Source of the DNA: the human T2T-CHM13v2.0 reference genome, Homo sapiens
DNA length: 64,000 nucleotides
Reading direction: 5' to 3' (one strand)
Assembly: GCF_009914755.1 (NCBI RefSeq)
Contig: NC_060927.1
The first letter of the stretch is position 1. Each line of letters starts with the position of its first letter. Below the pieces are notes generated by a model, which was given only the letters and a program-made list of their open reading frames with translations, had not been told where the DNA came from and did not search any database. The translations under genes and the position numbers were made by a program. Of the stretch, positions 43,764 through 57,213 are shown piece by piece.

Positions 43764-46645
43764 GGAGGGAGGGCAAGATGGCTGACTAGATGTAGCCAGG
43801 TGGGACAGCTGCCACCAAGGGGCCAAGATCCAAGATGACTGGCGCACTCCTAACAGATCTTCAGAAGAAGGCACCGAGAGTGAACGGAGGGAAGACACAG
43901 AAGCTTGGCTGAAGTGGGAGAAAGCTGGGAACTCTACTTGGGGCTAATGTGCACCAGGACTTGTTCTGGCCCCCAACGACTCTGGAGGAACGAGTGAGTT
44001 GAACTGGCAAAGAGCAACTCGCTCTCACCGTGGGCCTCTGGAACCCTGGCAAGAGGAGACCCCTCAACCACCATGGACACTGGAGTTAAGAGAGAGAGCT
44101 GCTTATAGAAGTGGTAGGAGCAGCAAGCCAGCTGATGTGGAGCCCAGAGGGTTTAGGGTGAGAGCGCCTGTAGCAGAGCATGGCCAGGGAGGTCATACCC
44201 CTAGGCTTGACTGGCTCCCATAGGAGACTTTAGCCCTGGAGAAACTGTCAGACCTGAACTCTGCAGGGCCGTCTTTCCCCTCAGAGGGGGCAATCCGAAC
44301 TGAACACCTCTTGGGCAACTGGCCTCTCTCAGGGCCCTAGCCTGGCCGCGACTGCTTGCAGGGGAAGTCTGGGGTGCCGTGGCTGCCACCTCATAGCCTC
44401 TCCGCTGGCGATCTTTGCCAGATCAGCGGAGGGCTCCAGCAGGGCGGCCCCCATGGCTACGCACCTGCCCCTCAGGCTCCCTCCGCACACTGCAGCCTCC
44501 CCTGGGCCCACAGCAACTTCCCGCATTGCATTTTTGGCACACGTCTGTGTGGGTGGGCTTTGCTTTCTTGCCTGGCCAGCAGGCAGGAGTGTAGTCCACT
44601 CATCCGCCCGCTGCTTACTGCCACTGCAGTCAGAGCCTTGGCGGGCAAAAAACCAGCCAGCCCGGTCCCCACCTATGCCCCAGCCTTGCGCTAACACTGC
44701 CACAGGAGTAAAACTAGGCTCGGAGCAGAGCAGATCCTCCCCGGCCCTCAGCGATCACTCCTGCTTGTGGGGCACACGGCACACAGACCTGAGCCAGTCA
44801 GTGACCTGCCCCGAGCCAAGACCACAACCAGCCCAACTCGCAAACTGTTGCCAGCAGGTGTCCGCCACACTTTCCCAGCTGCACTGCCTCCACCACTACG
44901 TGAATACTGTCAGGGAGACAGGCACCCCGGCACCCACTGGCACCCTGCTGCAGCAGAAACTACTGCTGCTGCTGGCACATGTGAACGAGGACGGACTCTG
45001 CAGTCACTACACTAGTAAACACTTTGGCTGACACCACCCATTGGAATGTAGTGACCAGCAATCTGGGAGCACCTCAGCCTCCCAAACTCAGTGGATTCCT
45101 AACTTCGAGGAGCCAGAGAACAAAGTTGGGGCCCCATACAAGTCCCCCAGAGTTACAGCACACAGTCCAAGAGTTGGGAGCTGAGCGCTGGCCCCCTAAA
45201 ATCTTCCAGGAAAAAAGCCAGTTGGCTGAATCCACCTTATAAGCCTTCAAGGTCATCAAACAGGATAAGAGAAAAAAAAAAGCATCCAAAGATCAGCAAC
45301 CTCAAAGATTGAAGGAACATAGGATACAAAGATGAGAAAGACCAGCGAAAGAACCCTGACAACTCAAAAAGCCAGAGAGGTGTCTTTCCTCTAAACAACT
45401 GCGTCAACTCTCCAGCATGGGTTGTGAACCAGGCTGAGATGGCTGAAATGACAGAAATAGAATTTGGAACGTGGATAGAAACAAAGATCATTGAGCTAAG
45501 GAAGTATGTTGAAACTGAACCTATGGAAGCTAAGAATAGTGATAAAGCGATGCAAGAGCAGACAGACGAAATAGCCAGTATAGAAAAGAATGTAACCTGA
45601 TAGAGCTGAAAAACACACTACAAGAATTTTATAATACAATCACAAATATTAATAGCAGAAGAGACCAAGCAGAGGAAAGAATCTCAGAGTTTGAAGACTC
45701 TCATTCTGAAATAAGACAGCCAGACAAGAAAAAGGCACAAACAAATGGAAAAACATTCCATGCTCACGGGTAGAAAGAATTGTTAAATAGCTATACAGCC
45801 CAAAATAATTTACAGATTCAATGCTATTCCTATTAAACTACCAATGACATTCATCACAGAACTAGAGAAAACTAGTTTAAAATTCGTATGAAACCAACAG
45901 AAGGCCCAAATAGCCAAGTCAATCCTAAGCCAAACAAACAAACAAACAAAAAACACAAAAAACACAGCTGGAGACATCACACTAACCAACTTCACACTAT
46001 ACTACAGAGCTACAGTCACCAAAACAGCATGGTACTGATACAAAACAGACAAATAGACCCAAGGAACAGAATAGAAAACCCAGAAATAAGGCCACACACC
46101 TACAACTATCTGATTTTCTACAAAGCTGACAAAAACAAGCAATGGAAAAAGAACTCCCTGTTCAATAAATGGTGCTAGGATAACCAGCTAGCCATACGCA
46201 GAAGATTGAAACTGGACCCCATCCTTTGCCATATACAAAAATTAACTCAAGATCAATTAAAGACTTAAATGTAAAACCCAAAACTATAAAAACCCTGGAG
46301 GACAACCTAGGCAATACCATTCTGGACCTAGGAATGGGCAAAGATTTCATGACAAAGACTCCAAAATCAATTGCAGCAAAAGCAGAAATTGACAAATGGG
46401 ATCTAATTAAACTTAAGAACTTCTGCACAGCAAAAGAATCTATTAACAGAGTGAACAGACAACCTACAGAATGGAAAGAAAATTGCAAACTACACATGTA
46501 ATGAAAGTCTAATATCCAGCATTTTTCAAGAACTTAAACAAATTTACAAGAAAAAAAACAAACATCCCCATTAAAAAGTGGGCTCAAGACATAAACAGAC
46601 ACTTTTCAAAAGAAGACATACATGAGGCCAACAACAAGCATATGA
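43764..46645 (+). mobile_element. Old primate L1 (L1PA13-16-like): long 5'UTR, ORF1 start, large internal deletion, late ORF2, no 3'UTR
   Basis: 5' end gggcaagatggctgactag; ORF1 start near 45332; jump at about 45733 to the ORF2 region TNKWKNIPCS; ORF2 peptides [28 protein letters not shown]; stops at catatgaaaaa. Confidence 0.88.
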
Positions 46646-46702
46646 AAAAGACTTAGGGCTGAGGAGTTTATCTCCCAGTGCAAGACAAGAAATGGGGATG
46701 TG

Positions 46703-47023
46703 AGGCCAGGTGTGGTGGCTGACACCTGTAATCCCAGCACTTTGGGAGGCCCAGGGGGTGGATCACTTGAGGCCAGGAGTTCAAGACCAGCCTGGCCAAC
46801 ACAGGGTGTTTCACAGGGTGTTTCACAGGGTGAAACCCTGTCTCTATTAAAAATACAAAAAAAAATCAGCCAGGCATGGTGGCAAGCGCCTGTAGTCCCA
46901 GCTATTCTGGAGGCTGAGACACAAGAATCACTTGAACCTTGAACCCAGGAGGCGGAGTTGCAGTGAGCCAATATTTCACCACTGCCCTCCAGCCTGGGTG
47001 ACAGGGTGAGACTCTGTCTCATT

Positions 47024-47058
<35 letters not shown>

Positions 47059-47060
47059 GA
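46703..47060 (+). mobile_element. Alu (J or early S) with internal micro-duplications
   Basis: Full dimer with A/AAAAG tail; TSD aagaaa(t/c)gggg(a/g)tgtg on both sides. Confidence 0.9.
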
Positions 47061-49041
47061 AACGGGGGTGTGGTATTTTCAAATCTTTCTCATAGACCCT
47101 CTTTCTAGTACTGACTGGGCATCAATATATGTGGTTTTTAAACCTTTGGAGAAACAAAACATTAATAATATTCAGTGCATAGAAACTACAGAAAACACAA
47201 AGAATTAATCATGCCTGGTGACTTGCCAAATTACCGATTTCTGTGGTTATATAAAGAGGATATTGGAATAAATGCTGTGAAAAACTCTAGAGAGGTCAGT
47301 TTTCATAAATAAGTCATAAACTCCATGGAGGTGTAGGAAACTGGCCAAATACTGCAAGCTACGCAATGCCCAAAGATAAACCTAATAAAGAGAAAGGGAT
47401 TGGGAAGAAGAAATAAGGAGGGTCTACATTAAAGAATTCAGTACTGTGCTTGGGTACAGGAGGGATTTGGAAATAAGATTGTAGTTTGAGTTACTACAAA
47501 TAAAGCTAAAAAAGAAAGCGTGCCAACAATTTAATAAAGCTAAAAAAGAAAGAGTGCCAAAAATTTAATAGTAATATCCCGCAAATTGAAGCAAGCAAAG
47601 GAACTATATCTCTTGGTTTCAAAATGGAAACAAACATAAAATCTCATTCTTTCACAATTACCTAAATAGGAATTTGCAATCAAAGTGCTATGATTCAGTT
47701 GAAATTAATCTTGCTTCATTAATGGAAGTACTAAGGCAGCAAAATAAGAGTGTAAAAGCTAAGGGAATATTTACTTAAGAGAACACCCTATATTAAGCTT
47801 TCATATTTTTTCCTTTTTAATGTAATTGTAGCAGCGAAACTAGATGGAATAATGCGTGCTATCACAACTCATTTCTATGTTTGTTTAAAAAGGTTACAAT
47901 TAAATAAATTACTTGCTATACATGTTTATAATGACATTTTCATAGAATTATGGCTACAGAAGACCTTCGGTGTTTATCATCTGAGTCTGTTTATATGTGT
48001 TTGCCTCAAACATCTTTTACTGCAGTACATACTCTGAAAGGCTTCATGTTATGGATTTTTATACTATTTTATCATTCCTGAGTGATATGAAATATGATTT
48101 TTAGAAAAAACATATTTATATTAGGTTAGAATTATTAAAGATAGTGTTTAAGGTTTAGCATGAACTTTAATAATAGTTAGGAAACTATTTAACTTCAAAG
48201 TAATTATGTGAGAAAAAGCTTGACTTAATGATAAACTTTAAGATGGCATGGTATCAAATCTGACATTAGGGCCAAATATACATTAAAATAAAGATTATAC
48301 TTTAATAAAGATTTTCAGTATTAAAAATGAACAAAGCTGACATTGTGAGCTGCTGTTTGTAATTCTTTTAGCTTACACTTAAAAGAACTTCAACTTTAAA
48401 ATTTCTGTGCTCTGTTGATAACTGAGGAGATGAAAGAGGATTTCAGCCTTTTATTTACTTTCACTTTTCCACATGAAATATATTGTGGTTATGGATAGTC
48501 TTTATTTCCAAATGCGCTATGATCAGTACCATCTTTTATCTTTTTAATATATATTTTTAAATTACTACAGAAATTATTATACGGCATGTGATGGTCTTTA
48601 TCTGAAGGATATAATTTATAGATATAATGAAGATCCCTGAGGTGAATTTGCAAAATAATCATTTATTGTTCAACATTAAGTGTTCCTTGTGATTATGGTC
48701 TTTAACTATCATCCATTAGGGTGTAAATTGTTCTAGCAGTGTTCAGCTGACTGATAAAGATACTGAGAGAGAGACGGAGAGAGAGAGAGAATGCAAGCAT
48801 GAGAGAGAGAACAGCATGTTAATCAGATTCCTACTCCCTGTTGTGCATACTCAAAGTGCATTCTGAGGTCCTAAAAATCTGTTCAGTTATAAAGGGGAAA
48901 ATAATTATTTTTTGTTTGAAAAATTGTATTGAAAAGGAACTCCACTACCAACTTAAATAATCACAAACTTTTGCAATATATTTGTGAATCTTCAGATATT
49001 TAAGAAGCACAGGTGAAAAAAATGGAATTTAGAGAAGTTTT

Positions 49042-51469
49042 TGAAAGGCAAAATGCACTGAACAATTAAAGATATGATTTTATTCAGGCTACTGCAGCCT
49101 GGAAAATGTGCATTAATGAGGAACAGCTAAAAGAAAAGGAAGAAGGACTGGAGTTTTATAGAGGCAAGTAAACAAGGGAGGTAACTTCAGTTCTTATAGG
49201 ACTGCAGAGAATGCATGGAGATGGGTCTTACATTTAAGGGCAGAGTAATCTCTTATGATTTCCCAGAACATGAAAATATGAGGCAATTTCTTATCCATCA
49301 CTACTTTCAAAGAGTACAAAAGTCAGGTGACATTCAACATTTTCATTCTCCCTGTTTCAAAGATAAACATCATTAATCACTGAACAACTGAGAGGTAGTC
49401 ATAAACCTTAGTGGGGTGAATGAAGCAAGGCCTAAGATATAGTCTTTCAGGGATTCTTTTGACAGTGTCCTGTAAAACCAGTTAAACAACCCATTGAGGG
49501 ATGGTGGCAAAGTTGAGTTGTTTTAGATACCTGAAGATTAGACATCTAAAAAAAGAGAGATCTAAAATGAAAAAGAAATATTAATATAAAACATTGTATT
49601 AGCGAGCCAGGAGCTGAACCACTTAGGGTAACAAATCCAGTGGATTCCAAGAAGTCAGAGGGTAAAAATCTTTTGGTTGTAAAGCAGTGTTCTTTGAGTT
49701 TCTCGTAGCTCTTGGGCTAGGCTGTCAATATTCTTGGTGATGTTGTCCACATCTCTTGCAGAAGGTCATACATGACCCAACCTTTTGGCTTGACTTTTTT
49801 TGCGTTCTAGTTAGAGACTTGCCCAGGAAGAAATCCAGCCCAGGTGTGGTCTACTGTGATGATAATATTTTGAAGTTAATATTTCAAGGCTTCTGTAGAC
49901 TATGGGGAAATGAGCAGGATATAAGGCAATGAGAATCTGTGCATTCAGATTTTAGTTCTAAATGAGGCCAAGTCAGGAAAAAGGGAGATAAATTGAAAAC
50001 ATTAGTTTGAAAGGTTGTATTGAGTCAAGATTTCAAGTTACCCAAAGATCTTCGAGATTGTATTCAAACTTTTCTATGATAAAACGTAATTTATGATGAA
50101 AAAATTTTCTCAGAATAATGATTTAATTAGGTAAAACACAAATTTATACTCTTCATAGTTTTAAACATTCAGGAGAACAAGGCCAGATGCAGTGGCTCAA
50201 GCCTATAGTCCCAGCACTTTGGGAGGCCAAAGTGGGAGGATCACTAATGCTACTTTATTTGTTCAGTAAATGTATGTAAGTTTAGGAAGAATATACTCAA
50301 GTAAAATAAAATTAGGTATACTATACTTGTGCTGAAAAATCAGAGAAAGCTTTTTTCACTAAACCAAAAATTTAAAACTAGTTTTGTTTGATGAAAACTT
50401 ACTTGAATTATATTAACTTGAATTGTTAAAATAGTTCAAGGCTAGTTTCTATAATATCTTTTTTTTTGCACACTGAAACTATAAGATGTTCACTTTTCTT
50501 AGTTTCTGAGAATTTTAGGATTATTTAATTTATGTAAGTGCTTATTCCTTTCAAAGCCAATTAGAAAAGGATTCCTTTAATATAAAAGAGTTTGCAATCT
50601 AACTTATGAATACCATGTGGAATTAGGAAAATATTCCACCCAGTGAGAGGGAAAGGGCTTTATAAATTATAGACATATAAACATACTTTATACACACAGA
50701 TGTAACTTCACTTCTAAAATTTTACTCATAAGTTGATCATAAACAGAAATACAAAATTTATATAAAAAAGCTGTTCTCTTTCTAGTGGGTCTGAATTCTT
50801 ACTTGATTTGAGCTCATAATAGATACACAGAGATTTAAAAAACAGATTTTCTGTCATCTTTCACCCAGCAGAGACAAAATCTCTACAAACCATTCGTTGG
50901 AGACCACCAAATGAGTGGTCAAATGGTTTATTTTTATTTTTTTAAAAAGAAGCCAGCATTAGAAATCAAGTGAGTGCTGAATAAAAATGAAATCAAATCC
51001 TTACCACACAACCAACAGACGAGACTACAGAGCACAAGACCAGATGTAGGACACACCATTGGGTCCCCGGACTGCCAGTTAGGAATGGAGCACCAAGGGA
51101 CCAGAGAGGCCTCCTTATCAGGGTGGAGTAAATGGGGATCCGAAGGTGAGATCCAATCCCCTCTGAGTCTTGGCATCAAACTGTGAAAGACAAAATGCAC
51201 GGGACAACTAGAAAAAAGATTTTATTCAGGTTATTGAAATAAAGACAACATTCATTCATGAGAAACAGCTTGACAAGAAAAGGAAAGGAGCCTGGGATTT
51301 TATAGAGGCGGGTAGAAAAGAGAGTCATTCAGGAGTCCCAATCTGAGGCACAGATAATTATAACTGTCCAAGTTCTCATCCTATTTAGTGGTCAACATGG
51401 ATCCAGACCTCTAATTTCTAATAATTACTTCAGCCCTTTTTCTCAACCTTAAACATTTGTCCCTCAACA
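49042..51469 (-). mobile_element. Degraded ERV1 (MER4-group-like) provirus: two related LTRs around a non-coding internal region
   Basis: Direct-repeat LTR ends tgaaag(g/a)caaaatgcac...ttttattcagg...ttttatagaggc at 49042 and 51184; purine tract beside the first LTR (49340-49354); PBS-like sequence beside the second (about 51161-51180). Confidence 0.7.
50181..50245 (+). mobile_element. Alu 5' fragment within the ERV internal region
   Basis: ggccagatgcagtggctcaagcctatagtcccagcactttgggaggccaaagtgggaggatcact. Confidence 0.85.
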
Positions 51470-52019
51470 AGTCAAAATTAATGAAGTTTTCCCATAATTT
51501 GGAAAGGTAGGAAATAATAAACAGAAAAAAATAGTTGAAAAGTTTGAAAAGTGAAAGTACAGCTATGTCTCAAAGAAAGCATGATGATGGCTTTGGAGAA
51601 TCTAATATTTCTTAGCCAATGATGGTGAGGTAGTTCCCTTTGGTGAAATGTGAACATTAGCCATTTCATAGTTCATTTCCTAAAGTCTAAGTATATGGAT
51701 AAGGTCTATGCCTTTCCCACAGAGGTGTACAGGTAAGGTGTAATCAAGTTTGCTTACAAAATTTTTTTAAACTATGACCTTGGCAGAGATGTAGTTGTAA
51801 TAGAAATTATATTCTGGAACTGTAAAAGCAACTAAATGTATAATTATTTGGCTGTTCTTCCTGCTCTTTCTCTGACTCTTCCCATATCTGGATCCTTCTT
51901 ACTCATTGGATTTCAGGACAAAAAATGCTTTCTCAGAGATGGCTTTTGTGTTCATCTGTTTAAACGCAGTCCCCTTTCTTAGTCTTGTCATCTTCTAACA
52001 AATTACCATGTTTACTCAT

Positions 52020-52480
52020 TGCTATGGTTTGGATATGGTTTGCTTGTCCCCACCAAATCTTATGTTGAAATAATGATCTCCAGAGTGGTGGTATTGGGAG
52101 GTGGGGCCTAGTGAGAGGTGTTGGCATCATGGGGGCAGATCCCTTGTAAATGGCTTGGTGCCATTCTCATGGGAGTGAATGAGTTCTTGCTCTTTTGAGA
52201 CTGGGTTGCTTCTTGAGGGAAAGGGATTAGTCTCCCTCCGAGTGGGTTGTTATAAAGCCAGGACGCCCCTTGGCTTTGGTTTCTCTTCACATGTGCTCAC
52301 TTCCCTTTCTACCTTCTCTGCCTTACGTGGCAGCATAAAGGCCCTCACATTAATCCGAGCAGATACCAATGCCGTGCTTCTTGTACAGCCTGCAGAACTG
52401 TGAGCCAAGTAAACCATTTTTCTCTATAAATTACCCAACCTCAGGTATTTCTTGATAGCAATACAAAATGAACTAAGACA
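52020..52480 (+). mobile_element. MSTB-like MaLR solo LTR inserted into an L2 fragment (about 51860-52662)
   Basis: tgctatggtttggatatggtttg...aactaagaca; perfect 5-bp TSD CTCAT (52015-52019, 52481-52485). Confidence 0.9.
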
Positions 52481-55400
52481 CTCATTAAAAGCAAATATCA
52501 AATCTCAACATTCTAAATGTTTTTCTTACTAGTTTGTAATTTGCCAACCCTCACTAGACTATAAGTTAAAATGGGGCAGAGACCTAGCCTATCTTATACA
52601 TGGCTGCATCCCTAAGCACCTTATATGTGCTTCTTGAATGAATGAGTGAGTGAATAAATGAAGACAGGAGAGACCAGAGTGATTAGGTGATTTTCTCAAC
52701 ATAGCAAACCAGTATAACAGCTAGGTCTGGAACCAGGTTTTTAATTTTGTGTCCTGTGCTCTTTTCACTCTATTATATACTACTTCTTCTTTGTATGGAT
52801 GTATATATATAAAATCAGGCAAGCAGCCAAAAATATACAAGATTCCTTTTCAATGAAACTCTGAAATACAACATTTAGGGCTACTCACTTCATTATTTAA
52901 AATTAAGAAGAAATTTTTTTAAAAAAAGCAAATCTGGAATGAGTTCAGAAGAAAAACAAGAGTCTTCTAGAGTCTAGAGAGAGTGATTTATGAGGAGAGA
53001 CCAAAAGAATCTAACACAGCAGAGCAGAGTCTAGTTACTAGATGACTATCTCAGAATGCTGTCCAAACACAGAGAACAGAAAAAATACCCATTGAAACAT
53101 AAAACGAAGCAGTAGAACACTACTAATCCATGTACGCAAGTGTTCTCACAAAACCCTTGCAATGTTAGAGATTTCTTGGAATCAAATTTATAGTAAATGT
53201 AAATATCCATACTGAAATTGACCATCACCATTGACACAGGAAAATGACTGAAGTTAAATGTAACATCTGGTATAAAGGCTTTCGTTTCCATGTTGAATTT
53301 GTTCAAATAGTGTTTAAATTGCAAAGCATTTCCATTCCCTGCAGGGTGCTTCACAAAATAAAAGAACACTATGGTAGGTGTCATGTAAAGAAGAAGAAGA
53401 AAACAAACGAGGTTTAACACCAAGACAATTTTGCTGGAAGTGGATCTATTGAGTTGTGAAATAACCCTCCAAGTAAAGTAATCATGGTTAATTCCCGAAG
53501 GAACAAGGTTGGTTCTCAGTATCTGGAAAACTTTTTATTTTTCTGAAAATTTTCAAAGATTTCAAGCCAAAGTTTTATTTGGATCAATGAGTTCCAATGA
53601 GAACTTTTACCTTTCAACCATTTTGAAGAATAAAAAGACTTGAAGAGATGAAGCAGAGAATTGTTTTTAAAAAAAGTCATTGCTCCTCTTGTAGTGGAGA
53701 AACTCATTGATCTTTTTGGAAGTGGTGAAGTGGAGGAAGATTTTCTTTGATCTTAAAGGTTTGATTACATTTAAGATTTTAAAAATACTATTCATTTTTA
53801 TTATTTCTTTATTTTAAAAAGATGAAATTAGGAGGATGCATGTATGCTGGAATGAAATAATCAGGATTGCTAATTGTATGCACAACATTTTCACTGTAAC
53901 TCCTATATGAAAAAGTACTAAAATAATGTAGAACCCAATTTGTAGACAACATTTTTTTAAAATTATACTTTAAGTTCTGGGATACATGTGTAGAACATGC
54001 AGGTTTGTTACATAGGTATACACATGCCATGGTGGTTTGCTGCACCCATCAACCCATCACCTACATTAGATATTTCTCTTAATGCTATCCCTCCCCTAAT
54101 CTCCCATCCCCGACAGACCCTAGTGTGTGTTGTTCCGCTCCCTGTGTCCATGTGTTCTCATTTTTCACCTCCCACTTATGAATAAGAACATGCGGTGTTT
54201 GGTTTTCTGTTCCTGTGTTAGTTTCCTGAGAATGATGGTTTCCACCTTCATCCATGTCCCTGCAAAGGACATGAACTCACCCTTTTTTATGGCTGCATAG
54301 TGTTCCATGGTGTATATGTGCCACATTTTCCTTATCCCGTCTATCATTGATGGGCATTTGGGTTGGTTCCAAGTCTTTGCTATTGTGAACACTGCTGCAA
54401 TAAACATATGTGTGTATGTGTCTTTATAGTAGAGTGATTTATAATCCTTTAGGTACGTACCCAGTAATGGGATTGCTGGGTCAAATGGTATTTCTGGTTC
54501 TAGATCCTTGAGGAATCATCGCACTGTCTTCCACAATGGTTGAACTAATTTACACTCCCACTCAGAGTATAAAAGCATTCCTATTTCTCCATATCCTCTC
54601 CAGCATCTGTTGTTTCCTGACTTTTTAATAATCGCCACTTTAACTGGCATGAGATGGTATCTCATTGTGGTTTTGATTTGCATTTCTCTAATGAACAGTG
54701 ATGATGAGCTTTTTTTCATATGTTTGTTGGCTACATAAATGTCTTCTTTTGAGAAGTGTCTCTTCATTTCCTGCACCTACTTTTTGATGGGGTTGTTTGT
54801 TTTTTCTCGTAAATTTGTTTAAGTTCCTTGTAGATCCTGGATATTAGCTCTTTGTCAGATGGATAGATTGCAAAACTTTTCTCCCATTCTGTAGGTTGCC
54901 TGTTCACTCTGATGATAGTTTCTTTTGTTGTGCAGAAGTTCTTTAGTTTAATTAGATCCCATTTGTCAATTTTGACTTTTCTTGCCATTGTTTTTGGTGT
55001 TTTAGTCATGAAGACTTGCCCATGCTTATGTCCTGAATGGTATTGCCTAGGTTTTCTTCGAGGATTTTTATGGTTCTTCTAGGATTTTTAAGTCTTTAAT
55101 CCATCTTGAATTAATTTTTGTATAAGGTGTAAGGAAGTGGTCCAGTTTCAGTTTTCTGCATATGGCTAGCTGGTTTTCCCAACACCATTTATTAAACAGC
55201 GAATCCTTTCCCCATTGCTTGTTTTTGTCAGGTTTGTCAAAGATCAGGTGGTTGTAGATGTGTGGCATTATTTCTGAGGCCTCTTATCTGTTACATTGGT
55301 CTATATATCTGTTTTGGTACCAGTACCATGCTGATTTGGTTACTGTAGCCTTGTAGTATAGTTTGAAGTCAGATAGCATGATGCCTACAGCTTTGTTTTT

Positions 55401-57213
55401 TTTTTTTTTTTTTTTTTTTTGCTTAGAATTGTCTTGGCTATATGAGCTCTTTTTTGGTTCCATATGAAATTTAAGGTAGCTTTTTTCTAATTCTGTGAAG
55501 AAAGTCAATGGTAGCTTGATGGGAATAGGATTGAATGTATAAATTACTTTGTGCAGTATTGCCATTTTCACGATGTTGATTCTCCATATGCATAAGCATG
55601 GAATGTTTTGCCATTTGTTTGTGTCCTCTCTTATTTCCTTGAGCAGTGGTTTTTAGTTCTCCTTGAAGAGGTCCTTCATATCCCTTGTTAGCTGTATTCC
55701 TAGGTATTTTATTCTCTTAGTAGAAATTGTGAATGGGAGTTCACTCACGATTTGGTTCCCTGTTTGTCTTTTATTGGTGTATAGGAATGCTTGTGACTTT
55801 TGCGCATTGATTTTGTATCCTGAGACTTTGCTGAAGTTGTTTATCAGCTTAAGAAGAATTTGGGAGGAGACGATGGGGTTTTCTAAATATGCAATCATGT
55901 CATCTGCAAACAGAGACAATTTGACTTCCTCTTTTCCTATTTGAATACCCTTTATTTCTTTCTCTTGCTTGATTGCCCTGGCCAGCACTTCCAATACTAT
56001 GTTGAATAGGAGTGGTGAGAGAGGGCATCCTTGTCTTATGCTGATTTTCAAAGGCAATGCTTTCAGCTTTTGCCCATTCAGTATGATATTGGCTGTGGGC
56101 TTGTCATAAATAGATCTTATTATTTTGAGTTATGTTCCATCAATACCTGATTTAGTGAGAGTTCTAAGCATGAAGGGATGTTGAATTTTATCAAAGGCCT
56201 TCTGCACATCTATTGAGATAATCATGTTGTTTTTGTCATTGGTTCTGTTTATGTGATGGATTATGTTTATTGATTTGTGTATGTTGAACCAGGCTTGCAT
56301 CCCAGGGATGAAGCTGATTTGATCGTGGTGGATAAGCTTTTTGATGTACTGCTGGATTCGGTTTGCCAGTATTTTATTGAGGATTTTTGCATCAATGTTC
56401 CTCAGGGATATTGGCCTGAAATTGTCTTTTTTTGTTGTGTCTCTTCCAGGTTTTGGTATCAGGATGATGCTGGCCTCATAAAATGAGTTAGGGAGGAGTC
56501 TCTCTTTTTCTATTGTTTGGAATAGTTTCAGAGGTAATGGTACAAACTCCTCTTTGTACCTCCTGTTGAATTTGGCTGTGAATCCGTCTGGCCCTGGGCT
56601 TTTTTTTGGTTGGTAGGCTATTAATTACTGCCTCAATTTCAGCTCTTGTTATTGGTCTATTCAGGGATTCAACTTCTTCCTGGTTTAGTCTTGTGCAGGT
56701 GTATTTGTCCAGGAATTTATCCATTTCTTCTAGATTTTCTAGTTTATTTGCATAGAGATGTTTATAGTATTCTCTGATGGTAGTTTGTATTGCTGTGGGA
56801 TTGGTGGTGATATCCCCTTTATCACTTTTTATTGTGTCTATTTGATTCTTCTCTCTTTTCTTCTTTATTAGTCTGGCTAGTGGTCTATCTATTTTGTTGA
56901 TCTTTTCAAAAAACCAGCTCCTGGATTCATTGATGTTTTGAAGGGAATTTTATGTCTCTATCTCCTTCAGTTCTGCTGTGATCTTAGTTATTTCTTGTCT
57001 TCTGCTATCTTTTGAATTTTTTGCTCTTGCTTCTCTAGTTTTGTTTTTAATTGTGATATTAAAGTGTTGATTTTAGATCTTTCCCACTTTCTCCTGTGAT
57101 CGTTAATGCTATAAATTTCCCTCTAAACACTGCTTTAGCTGTGTCCCAGAGATTCTGGTACATTGTGTCTTTGTTGTCATTGGTTTCAAAGAACTTCTTT
57201 GTTTCTGCCTTAA

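Noticed and set aside
44329-45031. GC-rich island with ORFs up to 192 aa, suggesting a gene promoter
   Set aside because: It is the 5'UTR of the old L1PA element.
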